From: an archaeon
GTDB taxonomy: Archaea; Asgardarchaeota; Thorarchaeia; Thorarchaeales; Thorarchaeaceae
NCBI GenBank assembly: GCA_024275415.1
Contig: JAJRZD010000081.1
Span: forward strand, 1 to 32,000
Direction of reading: 5' to 3'
Length of the DNA stretch: 32,000 bases
The notes beneath the pieces were generated by a model. It was not told the origin of the DNA and made no database searches. It saw nothing but the letters and a program-made list of their open reading frames with translations. The position numbers and the translations under genes are program-made. Shown one piece after another: positions 7,112 to 15,353 of the stretch. Each line of letters starts with the position of its first letter. Positions within the stretch are counted from its first letter, which is position 1.

Positions 7112-9307
7112 TTACGTACCTCCGTGCGATCCCGAACGAGATCGGCTTTTTCCTCTGGCTCTCCTTCCACGGCGTCTCGCCTCCTTCTTCAGGATGCGCT
7201 GCTGTTCGTTCGCGTATCTGCGACGCGACCAAATGTATGCAAAGCCGAACCCAGGAGCTGCAATCAGACCAACCATAGCCAGGATTTGCCATGTGACAAG
7301 TGGCGTCACAAAATCGGTCTGACCAAGAATTTTAAGTCTATAGAAAGGACTCGTTCCAAAATTCCCACTCTCATCCAGCGCCTCAGCATAATACGAGATG
7401 ACATCCCCACCTCCGAAGACGCCAAGATCCACCTGCCAAACGAGTTCATTGCCATCCACTGAAACCCAAGTCATGTTCACCTTTGTGAAAGAGCCATCAT
7501 TGACCTTCCAGTTCAGGGCACATGTGACTAGTGAGCTGTGCAACGGGAACTCGTATGTCGTGAATTCAAGAATGATTTCGTCTCCGCTCTTCGGTTCACT
7601 TGGGTAGATGTTCCTCAGGGTAAGGATGGGTTCGAAGATGTCGGCCCTCACGATGAAATAGTATGACCCCGCCACAAAATCCACGCCCTTCGTGTCGTTT
7701 GCATAGACAAGGAAATTGACCCTTGCAGAGTCATTCAAACAGCCAAAGGTGCTGTTGTAAATCCCACCTACTTCGGGATTGGGGGATAGAACGATTATTC
7801 CCTGTGTTATGGTTCCATTGATATCACAAGTATAGTTCACCCATACACAGTCGATGCCATCCGAATCAAGTGCTATGCATGATACAAGTATCTCATCGGT
7901 GGGGCGTGGGGAAACAGGGTTGATACGGACGCTGGATATAATAGGCAGACCATACGACCAGACTCGTTCAAGGGCGATGATACCAACACCTTGAACCAAC
8001 GTATGATGCATCTTCCATGAATCAGTCAGACATTGCCATTCTTGGTTCCCGTTCTGCCAGAACCCGCCGTTCTCAGTGTCCCACAGGCGAGATAATACCA
8101 ACTCAAGGATGTCAATGGTCATCTGGACATAGAATGTGAGGTCAGTAATCTCATACATCTTCTGGAGAACGAGAACCATCTGGAATTGAATCTCGGTGTA
8201 CTTGTAGTACTTGACATCTTTATCGTCCAACGAGTCATACGGCTCTCCTTCTAATACCTCTGCAAACCAACCACCTTTCTCTGTATCCCAATTATATTTC
8301 AAGAGGGCCTTCATTGTGCTCTCTGCCAGTGACAGATAGGTAGAGTCTCCTGTGTAGTTATAAGCTGTCAAAAGAGCGCTGATTGCATATGCATTCAGGT
8401 CAGATACGACAACCTCAGCAGACCGTTCATTTACCCCGACCTCGACGCTCCCTCCAGTTCGATTAACGGCCAATTTGAATCCGTAATATTCTCCTTGAAA
8501 GTCCTTCCTCATATTGTCAATCATAAAGCGTAGTGATGCATTCGCTATTGCAGTGTAAGTCGAATTTCCAAACTCTTCTCCTGCATTGTACAGTGCGATA
8601 ATCCCAAGTGCAAGATGGTCAAGCCGTTTTCCGTCATTCGGATAGACCTCATACATATAGTCGGGGGTCTTCAGTGAACCGTTCCTGAGTGTGTAGAAAT
8701 ACAGACCACCGTTCTCAGGGTCATATAACATATCTGTCAGACAACGGATGGCGCTCAGTTTCTCGTTAGTAAAGTCGAGAGAAGAATTGACTTTCTCGGC
8801 AATCCGCAATGCATCATAAGCATAGCTTTGGACTCCCGCTCGCTTTGTGGTTCTTGCCTCATAAGGCGAAAACAGGTTGACTCCATATCCCGGATAGTCA
8901 GAATCAAGGAATAGCTCGACCATCCGATTTGCAGCACGGCTAACCATAATGGACAATGTGCTGTTAGGAGTTCCCTCCTTCTTGGAAACCTCATATAGTC
9001 GGGCCAGTCCACAGATTGCCCAGTAATAGTCGGCAAGGCTTGGTAATAACGTGATCATTTCGTACATTGAATCAGCCGAACGAAATATCGACCCATCGCT
9101 GTAGTTGCACAAGTGCTCGAGTATGATGTTTCCGGCGGCCTTTGAAAAGTCCAGATAGCTGCTGATGTTGTATTCCTGCGAGGTGTAGAAACCACCGTTC
9201 ACTTGTTCTAGATTAGCCACTCTACCTCCCAGATCATGCGAAGGTATGGCCAAGCCAATGATGAAAGTCGATAGTATTATTCCTAGTAGTACTTTGTTAC
9301 GCATCAT
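7112..9307 (-). CDS. Exported, membrane-anchored protein with a six-hairpin glycosidase-like (AGE/YyaL-type) helical barrel and beta-rich C-terminal domains
   Basis: N-terminal signal-like segment; repeated barrel motifs (LTAYNYTGDSTYLSLA, NWDTEKGGWF, LWDTENGGFW, LYDPENGGLY); C-terminal TM helix with an Arg-rich tail. Its stop abuts the ccmF start. Confidence 0.6.
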   Translation of the reverse strand: MMRNKVLLGIILSTFIIGLAIPSHDLGGRVANLEQVNGGFYTSQEYNISSYLDFSKAAGNIILEHLCNYSDGSIFRSADSMYEMITLLPSLADYYWAICGLARLYEVSKKEGTPNSTLSIMVSRAANRMVELFLDSDYPGYGVNLFSPYEARTTKRAGVQSYAYDALRIAEKVNSSLDFTNEKLSAIRCLTDMLYDPENGGLYFYTLRNGSLKTPDYMYEVYPNDGKRLDHLALGIIALYNAGEEFGNSTYTAIANASLRFMIDNMRKDFQGEYYGFKLAVNRTGGSVEVGVNERSAEVVVSDLNAYAISALLTAYNYTGDSTYLSLAESTMKALLKYNWDTEKGGWFAEVLEGEPYDSLDDKDVKYYKYTEIQFQMVLVLQKMYEITDLTFYVQMTIDILELVLSRLWDTENGGFWQNGNQEWQCLTDSWKMHHTLVQGVGIIALERVWSYGLPIISSVRINPVSPRPTDEILVSCIALDSDGIDCVWVNYTCDINGTITQGIIVLSPNPEVGGIYNSTFGCLNDSARVNFLVYANDTKGVDFVAGSYYFIVRADIFEPILTLRNIYPSEPKSGDEIILEFTTYEFPLHSSLVTCALNWKVNDGSFTKVNMTWVSVDGNELVWQVDLGVFGGGDVISYYAEALDESGNFGTSPFYRLKILGQTDFVTPLVTWQILAMVGLIAAPGFGFAYIWSRRRYANEQQRILKKEARRRGRRARGKSRSRSGSHGGT

Positions 9308-9460
9308 GACATGTTGCTACTCCTTTTGATTGGTGCTTTGAACGTTTCGCAATGTAAGGTCATATCCTATATTTGCAATCCACCGACGAACGTTTTGGAG
9401 AAAAATATCCGGCGGGATGATTAACATCCCACCTTCTCAATTCTCCGTCCTCTCCGCTAC

Positions 9461-9640
9461 CTACCGGCGTCTGCCAACTAGGAGTCCCATGATCATCCCG
9501 ATGAAGATTCCACCCACAGCGGCACCAGCCAACGTGAGCGAATCATATGCGGTCGGACCAAAGGCAGCCACTGCCAAAGTGACTGCTCCTATGATGGAAG
9601 CGGACAGTATTATTCCCAGAATTACATTGTTGTGTTTCAT
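9461..9640 (-). CDS. Small two-TM membrane protein, 59 aa (not in ORF track)
   Basis: Hand-translated: MKHNNVILGIILSASIIGAVTLAVAAFGPTAYDSLTLAGAAVGGIFIGMIMGLLVGRRR. GAAGGAG lies upstream and an in-frame TAG precedes the ATG. The C-terminus is nearly identical to that of the cytochrome. Confidence 0.75.
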   Translation of the reverse strand: MKHNNVILGIILSASIIGAVTLAVAAFGPTAYDSLTLAGAAVGGIFIGMIMGLLVGRRR

Positions 9641-9736
9641 AATCTATTGATACTCCTTCAATCAAATTGCTTTGATCGGTTCACAAAAGCAGGATACATT
9701 CCGTATTCGGTATGTCTACTGCAGGACTCATCGGAG

Positions 9737-9780
9737 AAAAAAAGTTGAGGGGGGGATACACGTCCCCACCTTTTGTTTTC
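9737..9780 (-). terminator. GC hairpin flanked by T-tracts after the cytochrome gene
   Basis: GGGGA-TACACG-TCCCC stem, with AAAAAAA on the left (U-tract on the minus strand) and TTTTGTTTT on the right. Confidence 0.6.
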
Positions 9781-9798
9781 CCCATTCTCATTCGCTGC

Positions 9799-11184
9799 CT
9801 AGCGGCGTCTGCCTACTAGGAGACCTAGGATCAAACCGATGAAGATTCCACCTACAGCGCCACCAGCCAACGTTAGAGTATCGTATCCAGCGGGCAGAGG
9901 TGTTGTTGGAGTTACTGTTACGGTTTCGGTTACAGTAACGGTTTCCGCTGGAACATTCGCGTGGAAGTATGCGATCGTGTCTAGCAACTTCGTGTATGCA
10001 GCTGTGACATCAGCGTACATATTCAGAGGATCGTGGAAACCGTGTGAACGATCATTTACCTGAAGGTCAACGGCATCCGCTGCCTCTGTAATGTTGGCAT
10101 ACACTTCAGCAACTAGTTCATGATCAGCACCATCAGTCGCATTGTATGCAAGAAGCTCTGCTTCAAAATCGTTGTATGTCGCTTCGAATTCTTCAACTAG
10201 GGCGTCGAAGGTGTTTTGAATCGACTCCAGTTGATTGACAGCCCACTCCTCCATTCCCTGATGACATTCTTCAGCCTGGCCACAAGCAAGGTCGGGCTTG
10301 ACAACGAATGTATGGTTCAGGAAGTAAGTGGTGTTATCACCAGGAATCGCAAGATCGTAGCCGTGACAATCGATACATTCGACACCTGCAAGGTGGTGTG
10401 GACCACCATACCAGATGTTGTAGGTATCATGGTGCGATCCAACGTGGCAAAGCGCACACAGTTGAGTCGCGTTCACAGCACGGATCATCCCAGGTCCTAC
10501 ATCCGTCCAATTGCCATGCACAGAGTGACAGGCTGGACAAGAAACAGGGTTATAATCTCCTGAAGGATCAGGGTTGTCCTGATGAATGAATCCTTCTGTT
10601 GACATACAGTGCATACAGAACGACTGCGCGTAAGCACTAGCGCGTAGGTCGGTCAACGAGTTTGCATGAGCCGAGTTCTGCCATGGGACATACTGATGTG
10701 GATGTTCCTCACCAGAGGGTCTGTGACAGTTTGAACACACCTCACCAGAGTAGTCCACGTATCCTGTGGAATTGTGACAGGCAAAGCAGTTGACTCCTAG
10801 GGAATCGTACGTAGGTGTACCCGTGGAGTTATCCCAACCGCTCGTGTGACACTGTGCACAGGACGAGTTGAAGTACGCCTGCGAGATGTTAAGGTAAGCT
10901 CCAATCTGTACATGAGTGGAGTTGACCTTTTTCATGTGAGTGGCATGTTCAGACAGGCTCCAATTGCCGTACTCGTCAGCATGACAGGTCTGACAATCAG
11001 ACGGGTCAGTACCGTAAGTCGGCAATGCAAGCTCGTGTTCTCGTCCGTCAGTCCCGACTATAGTAATCGGGATGCCGGCACCGGTTGGTCCTAGAAGAAC
11101 AGCGAATCCGATCAAGCAGAGGAACAGGTAGTATCCTGACACCATCCGCTTGCTCATCCTTGGCGAATCGGTATAGTATACCAT
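9799..11184 (-). CDS. Membrane-anchored multiheme cytochrome c (7 CxxCH plus one CxxCM and one Cx5CH) with a NrfA/HAO-like C-terminal helical region
   Basis: CQTCH, CAQCH, CFACH, CSNCH, CPACH, CALCH, CIDCH; also CMHCM and CGQAEECH. Long helices ending in DRSHGFHDP, a Thr-rich linker, a TM helix and RRR. Start placed at ATG 11184 after GGAG (ORF track 11220). Confidence 0.92.
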   Translation of the reverse strand: MVYYTDSPRMSKRMVSGYYLFLCLIGFAVLLGPTGAGIPITIVGTDGREHELALPTYGTDPSDCQTCHADEYGNWSLSEHATHMKKVNSTHVQIGAYLNISQAYFNSSCAQCHTSGWDNSTGTPTYDSLGVNCFACHNSTGYVDYSGEVCSNCHRPSGEEHPHQYVPWQNSAHANSLTDLRASAYAQSFCMHCMSTEGFIHQDNPDPSGDYNPVSCPACHSVHGNWTDVGPGMIRAVNATQLCALCHVGSHHDTYNIWYGGPHHLAGVECIDCHGYDLAIPGDNTTYFLNHTFVVKPDLACGQAEECHQGMEEWAVNQLESIQNTFDALVEEFEATYNDFEAELLAYNATDGADHELVAEVYANITEAADAVDLQVNDRSHGFHDPLNMYADVTAAYTKLLDTIAYFHANVPAETVTVTETVTVTPTTPLPAGYDTLTLAGGAVGGIFIGLILGLLVGRRR

Positions 11185-11848
11185 TGTTGATTCTCCATGT
11201 TCTTCGTGGATTACGGTCATAATAATAGAATTTGCAGGGATTTAAGTCTGTTCATCAATTAGTGGGATTAATCACAGAATAGGATGTTCTCGCGACTACT
11301 TTATTTTTGTACACCTTAATTTTGAAACCTGTTTTGCTAAAAAGTAAGCAGATTGTATGCACTACTGAAAAAATAGTAATAATCTCAAAACAATATAGGA
11401 CATGATGCTACAGGTACACGAAGAAGTACGACATTCAGCTAAAATGTTCGATATCGATAGAAACCCTGTTAGCGAGCGTCCTGTTTCATACATCACTTTA
11501 GTATAGGAACAGGAGCATGTCATCATTTTTGTCTTCCATATGCATAGATTTCTAGCATTCTTGAATGTCCTCGTTTATTGTCTGCCTTGTGGACAAAATT
11601 GCAAAATAAAAGGAGAGGAAGAAAAGAGATCTTCTTCCCTAAACTAGTTCTATCTCTTACGAGTCAGTGCTATCACAACAATGACAACAACATACCAATT
11701 ACGGCCAAGAAAATAACCTCCGTTGGAATCCACTCCATGCTGAGGTTCAGCGACGGCCTGTTCGAGAAACATACCTTTGTTATAGTCGTCAATATGAAGA
11801 CCGACTGTAATGGCTCCACCTGCTGCATCTGTAAAGGTAGAAAGAACC

Positions 11849-12130
11849 TTAGAACTCATGGACGACCCTGATGGCATCCAAGAGGACTTCATTGCGCTTC
11901 ATTTGTCCTTTAGAGGTAAAAGAGTATACACGCTTCCGTGGGCCTGCGCTGCTCGATTCCCATCGTGCTGAAAGCAAACCTTCATTTTTCATCTCATCAG
12001 GGATACGATATAATCGGCTTGTCCCAATTTTGATTTCCTGATTCTCGAGCAACCTGTGAAGTTCGTATCCATGTAATTCAGCCTTTGAGAAGAACTTTAG
12101 GATTTCTAATTTGAGATCACAGGTCCTCAA
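11849..12130 (-). pseudogene. PadR-family transcriptional regulator, possibly truncated or decaying
   Basis: HGYEL, SRLYRI and WESSSAGPRKRVYSFTSKG winged-helix motifs. Pro sits in the recognition helix (RIPDEM), and the TAA falls at HEF*G. The PadR call is good; pseudogene status is uncertain. Confidence 0.55.
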
Positions 12131-12295
12131 TCATTTCACCCTTCTGTACAGTATTGCAACCTAGCAGCTCTTTCAGGTTTCATAGTGAAGACATTACCTG
12201 CAAGAGAAACTACGTTTTTCATGTTCCTGTATCGTCACCATATATTAGTTTTCATATTTGATTACAATTGTGTTGTAATTCTCTACGTCAATGTT

Positions 12296-13795
12296 TCAGG
12301 GAATGAGAAGTGCAGCTGCTGCATTTGCCAGATTGGTGATAGGGGCAGGAAACCAGAACAGGACAAGTACCAGAATTGCACAGATGCCTACTATGGATAC
12401 GGGAATTCTTGGGAGTGATAGTGGACCTTCTTCACTGGCAGTCCTAAAGTACATGGCACGCACAACTCTGAAATAGTAACCTAATGAGAATGTGACATTA
12501 AGGAAAGCAAACAGACCAAGCCACCAGAGCCCAACCTCCACGGTACTCATGAAGAGTACGAACTTTGGTGTGAATCCTGCCGTGAATGGGATTCCCATGA
12601 GAGATATCATGATAATAGCAAGGAATGCTGCTGCAAGCGGATGTCTTACACTCAAACCATTCAGTTGTTCGTATGTGATCCTCTTCTGAAGCTTGATGGA
12701 CATTGCAAAGACCAAGACGAAAGCGCCTGTCTTCATAATCGCGTGTATGAAAGCAAGGAAGAACGCTGCGGATATCGCGAATTGCGTGTCTACTGCAAAC
12801 CCCACAAAGACGTAACCCATCATCGCGATGCTCGAAAAAGCAAGCATCTTGAGAATGTCCTTCTGTGCCAGAGCAAGAAAGTTGCCAATCACCATCGTGA
12901 GGATTGCAATCACCACGATGAGGGGATACCACTCGAACCTAGCTGCTATGAAACCTACCAGAAGGATCCGCGCTAATGCGCTGATACCAGTCTTCTTCGT
13001 CGCCCCTGCAAGGTAGGCTGTAACACTACCATCAGCGGCAGCATAAGTATCAGGAACCCACATCCAGCCGGGAAATATCCCGATTTTGAAACCAAACGCG
13101 ATGACGAAAAGGGCCATCGCCAATAGGAGTGTATATGCCTGTGATTCCAATGACGCGGGCGCAGCCCAGATAGCAGCTACTCCCACACCGACCTCTGCTA
13201 TCACTGTAGTGCCAAGAGCACCAAAGACCAGAGCAATCCCAAACAGCATGAATATGGTTGAGATGAGTCCCATGACGAAGTACTTTGTTGCACCGTCGAG
13301 CCCCAGCCTATCAGGACTGAGAGCAACAAGGATGTATGTAGGGGTACTCATCAACTCCCATGCCATGAATAATGCTACGAGGTCAGTGGCCATAACTACC
13401 CAAATTGCTCCAGCGAATGAGATGAGGAACAGGAAATTGTATGGCCCCTTGTCCCCACCATACTGAGTGGCGGAAATCATCACAAGAATCGCCACGAGAA
13501 GCACCAGATAGATGAAGAAATCTGCAAATGCATCACGGACGAACAAGCCTCCGAATGACACGCCGTATGTGCTTGAATCAAGCGCAGCTACTTCCAGTAT
13601 GGCCAGAATAACCCCGATGATACTGACTGGCAACGGATTATATCGAAGACCGATGATCAGAGAGAGGATAGAAAACAGGATAAGGGTTAGGACTGGAATC
13701 GAACCGTACCAGTCTGCCGGAAGCTGTACTAATACATCTCTCAGGGGTACTAACATGGCTGCAAGGATATCAGTGAATATGTTGCTTTGTATCAT
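12296..13795 (-). CDS. nuoN: Complex I-like antiporter subunit N
   Basis: AWELMS, GATKYFVMG, FGFKIG, WVPDTY, KMLAFSSIA, FTPKF and YYFRVVRAMY motifs. Confidence 0.92.
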   Translation of the reverse strand: MIQSNIFTDILAAMLVPLRDVLVQLPADWYGSIPVLTLILFSILSLIIGLRYNPLPVSIIGVILAILEVAALDSSTYGVSFGGLFVRDAFADFFIYLVLLVAILVMISATQYGGDKGPYNFLFLISFAGAIWVVMATDLVALFMAWELMSTPTYILVALSPDRLGLDGATKYFVMGLISTIFMLFGIALVFGALGTTVIAEVGVGVAAIWAAPASLESQAYTLLLAMALFVIAFGFKIGIFPGWMWVPDTYAAADGSVTAYLAGATKKTGISALARILLVGFIAARFEWYPLIVVIAILTMVIGNFLALAQKDILKMLAFSSIAMMGYVFVGFAVDTQFAISAAFFLAFIHAIMKTGAFVLVFAMSIKLQKRITYEQLNGLSVRHPLAAAFLAIIMISLMGIPFTAGFTPKFVLFMSTVEVGLWWLGLFAFLNVTFSLGYYFRVVRAMYFRTASEEGPLSLPRIPVSIVGICAILVLVLFWFPAPITNLANAAAALLIP

Positions 13796-15352
13796 TTAGG
13801 GTGAACCTCCTAGCATAAAGGCCACAACACTTTGAGTGAAGTTTAAGACTAGATCAGGCCAGAACCCAAGCAGTATGACAGGAATCATCATGAGTACCGG
13901 CGCTATTAGGTCACTCCGGGATGCCTCATGAATCTCCATCTCGGGATCAGGATCACTAAAGACCATTCGATTCAGTGTCCAAAGTATATACCCGACCGTG
14001 AGAAAGATTCCGAATCCAATAATGCCAGCCCAGATATAGATCGTGACTGCGCCGAACAGTATTAGAGCCTCAGCAATGAATCCGCTGAAACCAGGAAGCC
14101 CAAACGCAGCCAGTGCGGCGAGGATGAAGACAGAGGTCATGTGCGGGGCCTTTGCAAGTAGACCCTTGATCTTAGTGATCTCACGGGTGCCTGCGGCATA
14201 TTTGAGCTGTCCGGCCATGATAAACATCACAGAGATGATGGTTCCATGAGAGAACATCATGAATATGGCACCTTGAATTGCAAGATGTGCAGCACTCTGA
14301 AGAACAGGATCGGAGCTAGCTAGACCAGCGGCCCCAACTGACACACCCAGAAGAACCCAAGACATGTGATTGATTGAGGTATATGCTACCATGGATTTCA
14401 TGTCGGTCTGAGCCATAGCTGTGAATGCCGCATAGATACAGGTGAATACTGCCAGAATCGCAAGAGGAATGCTCAAACGAGCGAACCCTCCAGGAATCAT
14501 CCAGAGACCTAACCTGATGAACGCATAGCCTCCCATCTTCAGCAGGATGCCAGCAAGAATGACAGAACCTGGAGTGGGTGCTTTGACATGCGCCCACGGG
14601 AGCCAATTGTGAAGTGGAAACACGGGGAGCTTGACTCCAGCACCCATGAACACAGCCAGCGCGAACCCGATTTGAATCTCAGGAGAGAGTCCCATGTTCC
14701 GCAGGAGAACCATATTGAAAGTGGGCGTTGGTGCCACGAAGAATAGCACAAAGAATGAGATGACCATGATTGCTGAGCCGAAATGGGTATAGATGACAAA
14801 CTTGACAGCTGCATGCTGTGCTCCTTCCTCACCCCATTTGCCAATGATGAAGAACATGGGTATCAGGACAAGCTCCCAAAAGACAAAGAAGCTGAAAAGG
14901 TCGATGGACATGAAAACCCCCAAGAGTCCTGATTGGAGCATCAGGAAGAACCCGTAGTACATGGACTTGGATTCCTTGATGTGATTGGAGCTTATGGCAG
15001 CAATCAAGACGACCAGATTTGAGAGGATGATCATGACTATCGAAAGTCCATCCACACCAAGCAGGATTTGTAACACTGGGGGATTCTCACCTGTTGCAAG
15101 AGCCGTGATAGTGAACTGCCAGCCCAATGCACCACCAGTGGGGTCATCAAGTTGGATTGCTGGATCGACTATCAGCCCCAGAATGATGGACAGGACGAAC
15201 TCGATGATAACGATGACCATGGTGATAGCTCTTGCTGTCCTTGAACCGAGGATAATCACAGCAAACGCTGCAATCAATGGTAGGAACAGCATAAATGGAA
15301 GGATGCCCAAGGGCAACGCGGAAACGATTGATTGAATGATATCCATCTGCAT
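13796..15352 (-). CDS. nuoM: Complex I-like antiporter subunit M (canonical copy)
   Basis: GVDGLS, FWELVLIPMFF, VKLPVFPLHNWLP, GILLKMGGY, AYTSINHM and GFIAE motifs. Confidence 0.93.
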   Translation of the reverse strand: MQMDIIQSIVSALPLGILPFMLFLPLIAAFAVIILGSRTARAITMVIVIIEFVLSIILGLIVDPAIQLDDPTGGALGWQFTITALATGENPPVLQILLGVDGLSIVMIILSNLVVLIAAISSNHIKESKSMYYGFFLMLQSGLLGVFMSIDLFSFFVFWELVLIPMFFIIGKWGEEGAQHAAVKFVIYTHFGSAIMVISFFVLFFVAPTPTFNMVLLRNMGLSPEIQIGFALAVFMGAGVKLPVFPLHNWLPWAHVKAPTPGSVILAGILLKMGGYAFIRLGLWMIPGGFARLSIPLAILAVFTCIYAAFTAMAQTDMKSMVAYTSINHMSWVLLGVSVGAAGLASSDPVLQSAAHLAIQGAIFMMFSHGTIISVMFIMAGQLKYAAGTREITKIKGLLAKAPHMTSVFILAALAAFGLPGFSGFIAEALILFGAVTIYIWAGIIGFGIFLTVGYILWTLNRMVFSDPDPEMEIHEASRSDLIAPVLMMIPVILLGFWPDLVLNFTQSVVAFMLGGSP

Positions 15353-15353
15353 T

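Larger units (their letters stand above)
9461..9888. repeat. Diverged direct repeat of about 90 bp (9461-9550 and 9799-9888)
   Basis: ctaccggcgtctgccaactaggagtccc... versus ctagcggcgtctgcctactaggagacct.... Differences fall mostly at codon third positions, and both copies encode the same C-terminal TM anchor. Confidence 0.85.

Noticed and set aside
9417-9650. 77-aa plus-strand ORF in the track
   Set aside because: It is the antisense shadow of the 59-aa minus-strand gene, which has an SD motif and a paralogous C-terminus.
9799-11220. Calling the cytochrome NrfA or HAO
   Set aside because: There is no CxxCK and the heme count and spacing do not match. Only the C-terminal helical region is similar.
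11849-11851. Recoding (Sec/Pyl readthrough) at the PadR stop
   Set aside because: The stop is TAA, not TGA or TAG.
11650-11892. 80-aa ORF as an independent gene
   Set aside because: It overlaps PadR, has no SD motif and no recognisable family. At most it is part of a decayed PadR extension.
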